From Octopus sinensis (taxonomy: Eukaryota), in the NCBI RefSeq assembly GCF_006345805.1, contig NC_042997.1:102672001-102736000 (forward strand): a stretch of 64,000 nucleotides of DNA, read 5' to 3'. Shown here piece by piece: positions 11,727 to 22,719 of this stretch. Position 1 is the first letter of the stretch. The number at the start of each line of letters is the position of its first letter. The translations under genes were made by a program, and so were the position numbers. The notes under the pieces are model-generated. The model was not told where the DNA came from. It did no database searches and was given only the letters and a program-made list of their open reading frames with translations.

Positions 11727-12238
11727 ACATTAGACAATGTTTCATGAATAGTATAGTACTGTAATCTACACACAACAAGCACACATACACACATACTTTG
11801 AATGTTATACTCAGAGCTAATACAACTGTGAAATACACTGATGCTAAATTAAATTTCAGAGCTCTGAATTTAATATTTCGAGCATTATTTTTCAATATTT
11901 ACTGTATTTTTCTCACTTAATGAGTAATTAAATAATTATGCTAAGTATGAAAATATTTTATGGCATAGTTTGTTTGATTTCAAGAGAAGTGACATGTTGT
12001 TCACAAGGGAATCACACAGACACACACACACACACACACGCACACACACACACACACACACAACACACACACACACACACACAACACACACACACACATA
12101 CACACACACACACCACACACACACACGCGCACGCACAGATATACATACTTGTACAATTTGTATTTACACAAAATTGTACATTGAACCAAATTAAAATTAG
12201 AATCCTCTGCCGAATAGAAGTGAAAGAAAAATTCTTAC

Positions 12239-12329
12239 TTGATAAATTTAGATGTGTTAGTGTGTCGTTTCGGATCACAGCATTGCATAAATCCGGCACA
12301 CATGTAGTTAGTTTATTTGAAGATAGTAC
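12239..12329 (-). CDS. LRRC74: LRRC74-like exon 5 (VLSSNKLTTCVPDLCNAVIRNDTLTHLNLS)
   Basis: TTTTTTGCTATTAG acceptor, GTAAG donor, 91 nt, phase 0 to 1. LRR consensus NxTLxxLNLS. Confidence 0.88.
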
Positions 12330-12397
12330 CTAATAGCAAAAAACAGATACCACAATAACAACAGAAATAATAATAATAATAATAATAAATAATAATA

Positions 12398-12436
<39 letters not shown>

Positions 12437-12446
12437 TAACAATAAC

Positions 12447-12478
<32 letters not shown>

Positions 12479-12488
12479 TAACAATAAC

Positions 12489-12532
<44 letters not shown>

Positions 12533-12550
12533 TGATAATAATAATAATAA

Positions 12551-13089
12551 TGTGGGCAAATGGCGTAGTGGTTACTAATCCCAAGACTCCGAGTTCAATT
12601 CCAGGCTGTGACCTGAATAATAATAATAATACTAATAATAATAATGTGGTATATAAGATGGGCTACAGAAAATATTCTGCTCAATACCACAGATTTGCTT
12701 GTCAGTTGTTTGACCTTAACTAGTTGAGCATGTACCTTAGTGGCTGACGATATGTGCATCTCTGATCACGAGCAGAAGTAGTGGGGGAGCATCATAGCCA
12801 TGTGGGTTTGAATAATTCACCTCTGGAAACATGGGTGGTTCTTTCAACATCCTTAGACAACCTTATTCAGGGACCTTTTGAGCGAGATGGGCTGAAGAAA
12901 ATTCTAACTGGGACCCACCTGCAAGGTCATGTGCTGTTTATCTTGATATGAGATCACCATGTCGCGCACATATGGTTGTGATGCATGTGCCTGGTGTACC
13001 CTTATCAGACGGGTAGTCATGATGGGTATATTGGGCTTCGTATATTTTACCCCAGTGTCACTTTGATGGCATGAACTGCTCTCTCACTC

Positions 13090-13095
<6 letters not shown>
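12551..13095 (+). mobile_element. Composite SINE: tRNA-like head, (AAT)n spacer, unrelated body and (AAT)n tail
   Basis: Head ...CCAAGACTCCGAGTTCAATTCCAGGCTGTGACCTGAATAA is shared with 21083-21150. Ends in (AAT)n at 13090-13155. Confidence 0.7.
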
Positions 13096-13157
<62 letters not shown>

Positions 13158-13774
13158 TTAGTACTTTTTTCGCAAATAATTTTATAAACGATAAGTTATA
13201 CGTTTTTAGTTTTGGAATTTTTCATTTATTTTTTATTTCATAAATATTTTCGGAATGATATCTATAATATTTATTTGAGTAATAATGGAGTAATTTATTT
13301 ATTTATTTATACGTTTATTGATTGAAAAAATATGGATTTCTAATTGCTATAGTTGTTGATTATAATTTAGATACGTACTTTTATATAATTTTATAATTTT
13401 ATTATTTTATAATTATTTTATGTGAACTAAAATCTAAAAATATTAAGTGTGATTGTTTTGTAAAATAGTTTGGTAATCAAATATTAGAGTATAGCTAAGT
13501 TAAAGATATTCTATAGTTTATTAATGTTTTTTATTAAAGCTAAATTAAATCTTCACAGATAAATACATTTTTCTATCTATTTACTCAATTTTTTTACCTT
13601 AAATATTTAACATGATAAATGTATTGTAGGCAACAGGTACTAATGTTTTAAGTTTCAAATTTGGTTAATGGAGTTTCTTCTATAAGAACAATCACATGGT
13701 AAAATTTATTAATTATTAAATTAATAATTCTTACCCTATATCTGTATATAATATCTGCTGAATCATACATTTAT

Positions 13775-16000
13775 TTTATTTTATTTTTTATTTTATCTAG
13801 TTTCAGCTCACGATCAGCGGCCATGCTGGGGCACCGCCATTTGGTGTTGCTACATGATTTTACTTCACGAAAGCTTTTTGGCAACTGCCATTTGGTGCAT
13901 GAGAGAGTTCGATGCAGCTGCCCTCATCTGCACCCTCCGCCGTGAAGTTGGTTCATCTGGGATACCTGACAGGAAGAGATCCTGTTTTATTTTAAAGACA
14001 TCTGCATCCACCCCATGCAGGTCCCTCAGGTTCTTCGGGAGGATATTGAAGAGCTGTGGGCCTCTGAAGCCCAGGCTATCACAGTATCTTGTCCTACATC
14101 TTGATGGCAAATTTGGAGTCCTTGGCACCACGCAGTGGCGCCCAGTTCTGGCATTTGTGTAACTCTCGATGCCAAAGTTTGGAACAAGTCCTTCTAGGAT
14201 CTTCCAGATGTATATTATGGCATATCTTTCTCGCCTACGCTCTAAGGAATAGAGTCTTAATCTCTTGAGTCTTTCCCAGTAGCTTATATGCTGCATAGAG
14301 GCTATCTTCTTCGTGTAGCTTCGTTGGATCGCCTCAAGTTCTGTGATCAACTTGACACTGGATGGTGACCATAGCTGAGAGCAATAGTCAAAGTGGCTTA
14401 GGACAAGTGTCCTCCAGAGGACCATCATGGTTTCCTGGTCTCTTGTTCTAAAGGTTCTAAGAATCCATCCGGCCAGCCGCCTACATTTCATTGCCAATTT
14501 AGCAACATGTACACGAAAGGTTGCGTCATCACTCATGTAAATACCCAGGTCTCGCACTGATTGTGCCTCTGGGATTGCAATCCCTCCAGGTCCAGTGTAT
14601 TCATTGGGTATTGCATTTAGTTTTGCATGCTGATAGCATAAAGCTTGAAACGTTTCAGCATTGAACTGCATGCTATTCTTTTCAGCCCACTTGTATATTT
14701 TGTCCAGCTCACATTGCAGGTGCTTAGTGTCTTCAGGGTTCTGTATTGCCTGTGAAACTTTTGTATCATCTGCATAACTTGTGATCGTGGCTCTCTGAGT
14801 AGCTGAGGGCATGTCTGAGAGGGCCATTACGAACAGTAGTGGTTCCAAAACAGTGCCCTGCGGAACACCGCTCCCTACTTCTGACTTCTATCCTTCAGAA
14901 AGTCATGAAGCCATTCTCCCAATTTTCCAACTATGCCAAGATCACGCAGTTTGTGACATATCATTCCATGATCGACTTTATCAAAGGCCTTTGCAAAGTC
15001 GAGATATATCACTTCCACATTTGAGTGTTTGAGCAGTCGTTTCAGCACCCAGTCATAGTGTTGTAGGAGCTGAGTTAAGCAGCTTCTTCCTGGTCGGAAA
15101 ACATGTTGGGTGTCAGGCAGCAAGTCATTTTCTTCAAGGAAGGTGATTAGTTTCCTTCTGACTATTCGTTCCATGACCTTGCTGATGTGTGAGGTCAGAG
15201 AGATAGGTCTGTAGTTCTTGGCCTCCGCTCTGCTACCTCCTTTATGAATAGGGCATATTTTACCTTCCTTCAGTTTTCTTGGAAGTTTGCCAGTTGCAAG
15301 GAAGCTCTGAAAGAGGAACTGCAGTGGTCTTGCTAGGACTCTCTTACATACTTTTAGAAGGATTGCTGGGAATCCATCGGGGCCAGTAGCTGAGTTTGTT
15401 TTCATTTCATCTATAGCCTTTATTACATCGTCTTCCTTTATATTGATGTAATCAATCATCGCTGCCTCTGATTTTATATCTGCAGTGGTAAAGAAGTCAG
15501 TTGGATTGCTGACTTGAAAATGCCCAAGGGGTGGAGTGAAAATACTCTTGAATTGCTCATTTAGTATTTCACTTACCCTCATTGGATTTCCTGTGAGTGT
15601 GCCATCCTTTTCAAGGAGTGGCCATATCCTACAGTGCACCGTAGCTGTTTCTTTGGCATACCTGTAGAAAGCTCTGGGGTTAGATTTTATGTTGTCTATA
15701 GCCCAGGCTTCTTTGTCTGCTCTTTCTTTTTCATGGGAGAGTTGCAGACATTTTTCAATTTCCAACAGTTTTATTTTCAGGCGGGACTTTTCACTACTTT
15801 CAATTTGTTTGTTTAGGCGATTTGAAACTTTTGTACGCCGTCTCATTAGAATTTTCCTCTCTCTGGGGATTTTGTTCTTGTGTACAGTGGCCTTTCTCTC
15901 TGGGACACGTTTGTAGCATATGGCTTGCATTACAGACATGAAATGTTGAAGTTTCATGTCAATGTCTGGCGAGGATAGACATTCAGGCCAGTTTTATCTG
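13775..16000 (-). mobile_element. 5'-truncated CR1-like LINE (RT), fairly young
   Basis: ORFs 14875-15957 and 13865-14848 with YRPISLTSHISKVMERIV, DFAKAFDKVDH, GVPQGTVL, YADDTK and RLKRLRLYSLERRR. One frameshifting deletion near 14880. (TAAAA)n tail at the left end. Confidence 0.95.
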
Positions 16001-16089
16001 CTGAATAAAAAATAATCAGTGTTTTCTTTTCATTAAAAAATAATTAAGCATGCTTATATTTCAATAAAATTTTGGGTTTTGTTAAACGA

Positions 16090-16490
16090 AGGTAAGGCAA
16101 AAAAAACTTCTTGAGAAACCAAATAGTCTTTCCTTCCTTCATGCCAAGTTTGAAGAAAATATCTCTTTTGCATCTTACTTTTTTGGTCTCTTAAATATAC
16201 TGCATTTTGTGGCATTATTTCAAGCCAGCTGGCTTTTTTTGCGCAAACAGCACGTACATTTTTCTCGCGTATGCGTAGTATCGATCACAACAGCTAATGT
16301 ACTTGCGCGTACAAATGCACGTTCTCACGGCTTTATCGATCGCATTCTCACCTGGAACGATTTTTGTAATTTTTTAAGACTTATACACGCAAAGATACCG
16401 TCGGTATCTACAAATCAAATTTGAGCGCAATCGGATGGAGGATGCCCGAGATCCTAGAAGACACACAGACAACAAGAACGGATTTTATAA
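16090..16490 (-). mobile_element. Probable non-autonomous Helitron fragment (5' part)
   Basis: Minus strand TATATTATAAAATCCG..TTGTCTGTGTG..CCGATTGCGCTCAAATTTG parallels the 5' end of the element at 58115. No 3' CTAG found. Confidence 0.45.
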
Positions 16491-16527
16491 TATACATATA
16501 TATATATATAGTATATATAAACATATA

Positions 16528-16588
<61 letters not shown>

Positions 16589-16806
16589 TAGTTATATAAT
16601 ATATATGTATGTATGTATATATATATATATATATTATATATATATATATATACATATATGTATGTATATATATATGTATATATATATATATATTATATAT
16701 ATATATATGTATGTATATATATGTATATATATATATATGTATATATATATAATATAGGTACAGGAGGAGTGGATTTGGTAGACAGAAATTGAAAGAAGCC
16801 CGTCGT

Positions 16807-16916
<110 letters not shown>

Positions 16917-16929
16917 CACACATATATAT

Positions 16930-18460
16930 AAAGGCTACTTATGATAGGTAGTGACAAATATATACATTTAGAATATTACCAGTCAAAAAGGTCATTATTA
17001 TTGATGATTATAAGAAGTTAATAATAATAATAATAAGGTTAGCGACTGAAACGAACCAATTGGTTTTCGCGTTAGCTATTCATCGTTTGAACAACACCGG
17101 TTAGTAAACGGTGTCAGGTCTGAGAAAAGAGATTATTTGTAACGGAGGTAAGTAGTTCTGGATTATATGTATAAGGGAGGTAAGTAGTTCAGGAATTAGA
17201 AATGTGAGTGATGTAGAAAGTGTATAAGGTTTAGTGGTTTAAATTGAAGAGTTAGTGGTGTTCTGTATTGAGTTGTGTGTTCACATTCAGTTGGGGGAGA
17301 AATTTGTAGATGAAAAATGACCCTTTATTCAACCTTTGTTGCATTATGGTGTTCTGTGAGCATTGGTAAAAGGGAAATATTTGGAAATTGAGATTAAGAT
17401 TCCTGGCACATCTTTCTATGTGTTCACTCACCTTTAACTGTCTGTATTGTGGGTGGCGGATTTGCTCTCTGTGAATGGTGATTCTTTGACGGAGCGAAAT
17501 TCCTGTTTGTCCAATATAGAGTTTACCGCAACCTATGCATGTCATGACATAGATTACGTTTGCCGAGGCGCAGATGAAATTTGATTTGATCTTAAATATT
17601 TTTCCTTGTTTGAATTGGAATTCTGAACCCTCCAGAAGGTGGGGGCATGTTCCACAGTTGGAACGTCCACACTTTGTCACTTTTGGCTCAGTAGTTGGTG
17701 GGTAAAGTCTAGCGCTGGTTAGTATTCTTTTCAGTGACTTCGGTTGCTTTTTGCTTTTTATAATTTTATATGAGCTTAAAATTTCGTTCATTGTTTTGTC
17801 TGCTGTGAGGATGGGGAGGTTTTGGGTGATGATGTTGAAGGCTTCGTTATTTCTGGGGTTATGTGTGGAGATGTACGGGAGTATTTTTTAAGTCTTGTTT
17901 AGTATTACGGCTAGTTTTCCTTAATCTTTGTATATCTATTCCCTTAGATCTTTTGATGCTTTCATTTACTAATGAGATTGGGTAGTGTCTTTTAGTTAGT
18001 GTAGATCTAAGTTCAAGGAGTCTATGTTCACGAGTGTATGTATCGGAAACAATGGTGCAGATTCTTTTTGCTAGGTTAAAGGGTATATTGATTTTTATGT
18101 GTTTGTGGTGGCAGGAGTTAAATGATAGGTATTGTTTAGAGTCTGTGGGTTTATAAAAGATGTCTGTTTCTATGTGGTTGTTAACTATTCTAATTAAGAT
18201 GTCTAGAAAAGATAGTTGCTTACTGTTGTGTTCCATAGTGAATTGTATATTGCTGTGTATGTTGTTGAGCATTCTTTTAAAATCAAGGAGTTGATCCATG
18301 TTATCTTGCCAAAGTATGAAGCAATCATCTAAATATCTCTTCCAGTTCTCCTTTAAGTAGTAATTATTATTAACTTCTTATAATCATCAATAATAATGAC
18401 CTTTTTGACTGGTAATACTCTAAATGTATATATTTGTCACTACCTGTCATAAATATCCTT
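16930..18460 (-). mobile_element. 5'-truncated Penelope-like element (Neptune-type) with ~90-bp inverted termini
   Basis: RT motif WKRYLDDCFILW, SFLD and YKPTDSKQYL; Cys linker CGRSNCGTC; GIY-YIG motif VIYVMTC..LYIGQT (ORFs 17859-18299, 17252-17791). 16939-17027 is the reverse complement of 18363-18452. Confidence 0.92.
17049..17089 (-). ncRNA. Degenerate hammerhead motif in the PLE 3' region
   Basis: AAAC-[CU missing]GAUGA-AUAGCUAACGC-GAAA-ACCAAUUGGU-UC/GUUU. 12-nt palindromic helix III; core damaged, so probably inactive. Confidence 0.5.
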
Positions 18461-18553
18461 TTTATATCTACAATATGCATTTTCGTTGATTTTTCATTTT
18501 TTACCCTTACAGTTCAACGTGTATTTTATATTTTTTTCAAAACATATTTCTTC

Positions 18554-18554
<1 letters not shown>

Positions 18555-18633
<79 letters not shown>

Positions 18634-19290
18634 AAATAAGGAAATGGAGAAATACCCTTCCCTCTGTATTTCACCTCTCCTTCCTTCTCCCTCCTCCCTC
18701 CTCTTCTCCTCTTTCCTTCTCCCCCCTCTCTCCCTTCCCATCATCTCATCTCAACCACCCTCACCCCCTCCTTCTTTCCTTCTCCCCCTCTCACCTTTTC
18801 TCTTCTCCCTCCTCCCCCCTCCCTTCCCTTCTCCCCTCTTTCCCCCTTCTCTTCCCTTCTCCCCTCCTTCTTTCCCCCCCCCCTCTTCCCTTCTTCCCTT
18901 CTCTTCCCTTCTTCCCTCCTCTTCTTTCCTCTTTCTTTCTTCCCTCCCCTTCTCTCTTTCTCTCTGCTCCCTCACTCCCCTTCTCTCTCCCCCTCACTCC
19001 CCTCCCCATACCCCCTCCTTCCCCTCCTCTTCTCCTCTCCTTCCTTTTCCCCCTTCACCTCCTCCTCCTTCCTCCCTCCTCCCTCCTCTTCTCCTCTTTC
19101 CTTCTCCCCCTCTCTCCCTCCCCATCATCTCATCTCACCCTCACCCCCTCCTTCTTTCCTTCTCCCCCTCTCACCTTTCCTCTTCTCCCTCCTCCCTCCT
19201 CTTCTCTTTCCTTCTCCTCCTCTTTTCCCCTCTCTCCCCCTCACCCTCATCTCTCCTCCCTCCCCTCCCTCTCATCTCCTCTTTCTACAC
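18555..19290. repeat. ~700-bp polypyrimidine/polypurine low-complexity tract
   Basis: (CT)n and (TA)n, then almost pure C/T. An internal ~130-bp duplication includes CCCATCATCTCATCTCA (~18737 and ~19121). Confidence 0.9.
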
Positions 19291-19489
19291 TCCACCATAC
19301 GACATTACACATCGCATCATACATACATACACGCGTCCAGACCTTTCATACGCACTACATACTCTCTCATACACACACGCACCATTATGTTGGGGCGAAG
19401 TCATTTGACCCTGTTATCTCCCCTACTTTCGCTCTCGCGTCTCACGTCTGATCTCTGACTTCTGGCCGGAATCAGATCGCCATGTTGAA

Positions 19490-19690
19490 TCGCTAGCTTC
19501 TGCACGCATTTTTTTTTCTCCTTGTTTCTCTCCGTGTTTCTTTTCTGTGTATCTTTCTGTTGAAGAGCGTAGGCTCGAAACGTTAAAGACTTGTTTTATT
19601 TATATTCCTGAGCGCCATACTAATACAATTGTTTGTTTGTACTCCACCTGCCTTCGTCTTTTGTTTATTTTCATAAAGCTTCTTGTTATA
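19490..19690 (+). mobile_element. Family B element with hammerhead-like motif at 19552-19589
   Basis: UCUUU-CUGUUGA-A-GAGC GUAG GCUC-GAAA-CG-UU/AAAGA. Confidence 0.7.
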
Positions 19691-19803
19691 CACACACACC
19701 CACACACACACACGCACACACACACACATATATATATATGTATATGTGGTGTGTGTGTGTGTGTATGTATTATATATATATATATATATATATATACACG
19801 CAC

Positions 19804-19892
<89 letters not shown>

Positions 19893-19958
19893 ATGAATAT
19901 ATATATATATATATATCCGAAAGTTTACAACTGTGATTAAAGTATTAAAGTTCCTTAC

Positions 19959-20066
19959 CAATTCTGATATGAAGCAGTTTTCTTTAATCATTTCACAAAG
20001 AGCCAAGCCACCTGATCGATTAAGATTGTTATCTGTCAAGTCAAGTTTCTGTACGTGGCAACTCGT
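19959..20066 (-). CDS. LRRC74: LRRC74-like exon 4 (TSCHVQKLDLTDNNLNRSGGLALCEMIKENCFISEL)
   Basis: TTTAACAG acceptor, GTAAGG donor, 108 nt, phase 0 to 0. RI-like LRR (LxxLDLxDNxL). Confidence 0.9.
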
Positions 20067-20243
20067 CTGTTAAATAGAAATAGGTATAACATGCTATAAT
20101 ATATATATGTAAAATCCTTAAACGTTAGTCAGTAAGTCTAAGAGTGGATTAGCTATTTTTCCACTTTCAGACTTATCATTGAGAACTTAGAATAAGTGGC
20201 TAAGCATAGCTTCTGTTGAACTTTTCATCTCCATATATGTATG

Positions 20244-20307
<64 letters not shown>

Positions 20308-20326
20308 GTGTGTGTGTGTGTGTGTG

Positions 20327-20359
<33 letters not shown>

Positions 20360-20471
20360 CGTGCATGTATGTATGTATACGCTCTTAGACTTATCTTTGA
20401 GTACTTGATTTTAAATGGTCATATACATACATACGTACATACATGCATACTTATATACATACATACATACA

Positions 20472-20566
<95 letters not shown>

Positions 20567-20748
20567 TATAAATAAAACCATTAGCTATCTTTAAGCCACG
20601 AAACTGAAGTATTTCATTTTTCCTTAATCTATTTATACTTTGGAAAGTGTTTTGCAGATACAGTTTTATATTTAAGAGATGAGTAATTATGTACATTATT
20701 TACATTATTTACATTAGACGAATATTTGTCCTTCTCTTGTTTGTTGTT

Positions 20749-20794
20749 AACACAACGTTTCGGCTGATACACCCTCTAGCCTTCATCAGGTGTC
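20749..20794 (-). ncRNA. Type-I hammerhead ribozyme motif (best-formed in the window)
   Basis: GACAC-CUGAUGA-A-GGCU(12-nt loop)AGCC-GAAA-CG-UU/GUGUU. 5-bp stem I, 4-bp helix II, palindromic AACGUU. Predicted cut between 20754 and 20753. Confidence 0.75.
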
Positions 20795-20868
20795 TTGGGC
20801 AAATTTCGAACCTGAGTATTTTTCGATGTTATAATAATAATAATAATAATAATGATAATAATTTTATT

Positions 20869-20984
<116 letters not shown>

Positions 20985-21153
20985 GTTATTATTATTATTA
21001 TTATTATTATTCAGGTCACTGCCTGGAATCGAACTTGGAATCTTGGGGTTAGTAGCCTGCGCTCTTAACCACTATAGGCATATGGCATGATGGTTAAGAG
21101 CGCGGGCTACCAACTCTAAGATTCCGAGTTCGATTCCAGGCTGTGACCTGAAT

Positions 21154-21209
<56 letters not shown>

Positions 21210-21273
21210 TGATAACAACAGCAACATCGAAAAATACCTTAGGAATGAGAACCCAAGTTCGAAATTTCCCCAA

Positions 21274-21319
21274 GACACCTGATGAAGGCTGGAGGGTATA
21301 TCCGCCGAAACATTGTGTT
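21274..21319 (+). ncRNA. Type-I hammerhead motif, partly decayed
   Basis: GACAC-CUGAUGA-A-GGC...GCC-GAAA-CA-UU/GUGUU. A CpG-type G>A change breaks the helix III palindrome. Confidence 0.6.
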
Positions 21320-22719
21320 AACAACAAACAAGATAAGGACATATATCCGTCAAATGTAAATAATTTAAATAATGTGTTGTGCAGATACTGAACCTCTGAT
21401 CTTATCAATTACAATCTCCGAAAGATGGCACTGAGAATGAATTTTCAGTTGCGTAATCAAGGCCTGTGGAGCAGACATGAACTTAGAAATATATACAAAC
21501 GAAATATCTCTAAAGTAATCCTTTTTGTGATCTTTTCTTTAATACTATAGTCACAAAACCTGAAAATGCTTTTGAGAGGGAGGGGCCTAGTCGATCACAT
21601 CGTCCCTAGTGCTTGACTGGTACTTATTTTATCGACCCTGAAAGGATAAAAGGCAAAGATGACCTCGGCGGAATTTGATCTTAGAACGTGAAGACAGACG
21701 AAATACTGTTGCCTTGTGCGTCGCGCTAACGATTCAGTCAGCATTTTATCTTTTAACTAAGGATCCTAATACATGTGGGCAACAAGTAATACAAATTTAT
21801 AGTATCAATTTACAATGTGAGGACTACGTTTGTCAGAGTTAAATGTCTTAGGCATGGATGCAGTGAAAGATGTTTCAGTGGATAGCTGAAAGGATAAGGT
21901 ACAGGAGTCCAACGCTCTATTTTCTTACTTGTCCCTCAGGAAGCATATTTAAGGTAAAATATCAATAAAAATATTATAGTGTAGAATACATATATAACTT
22001 CTTTTTAATTCTGTCTGTGTAGCAGTGTCAATTACTGTTAAATCGACACATTGCACTTGCTTAATTTGTTGGTTTTAAAGAGATTCCTATCTGCATCGTC
22101 TTTATTTTCTGAAAATTATGATCGGGTGATGATACTTCGGTTATCTCCCTTGCTGGCTAGTTTTAAATTTAAAAAACCCCATGATAGAATTTTTGCTTTG
22201 TAATTGCATGAATAATATCAATTATCGAATATTCTCAATTCACTGTTTTATAAATGCGAGATCCTACGGGTGTATATTTTGAATGTAGATGGAGGCTCCC
22301 TTGGGGGTATTTTCTTCAGCCCTGTTGTTGACTGGAAGTAAACTTTAGCAGACATGAACAGTATGGCACGCTTGTGGCATCACAGCTGACCATGTTGCGC
22401 TCATCCAAACTAATGACCAGCAGCTTCAAATCACCAGCCCAAACAAACTAAATTGCCGGATTAAATAATCCCAATTTAGTAAATTTTAACCTGTATCGCT
22501 ATATTATTTCTTCCAAAATTATGATGTCATTTAACAACTTATTAAGCAAACAGTTGATGGTTCATATCTGATATCTGACACAGTAATGTGTCATGTCAAC
22601 GAAATATTAAACCGAGCTTCATTCAAATTTTGACCTATAATTAAAATAGAGGTAGGCTTAATCATTTCCAACGTTTTCAACATCAGAAGTAACCATATTA
22701 GGGTTTATTAAGTATGTTA

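Noticed and set aside
18434-19451. Two ~320-aa Pro/Ser/Leu/Phe-rich ORFs
   Set aside because: Produced by the polypyrimidine tract, which cannot encode stops; no domain signal.
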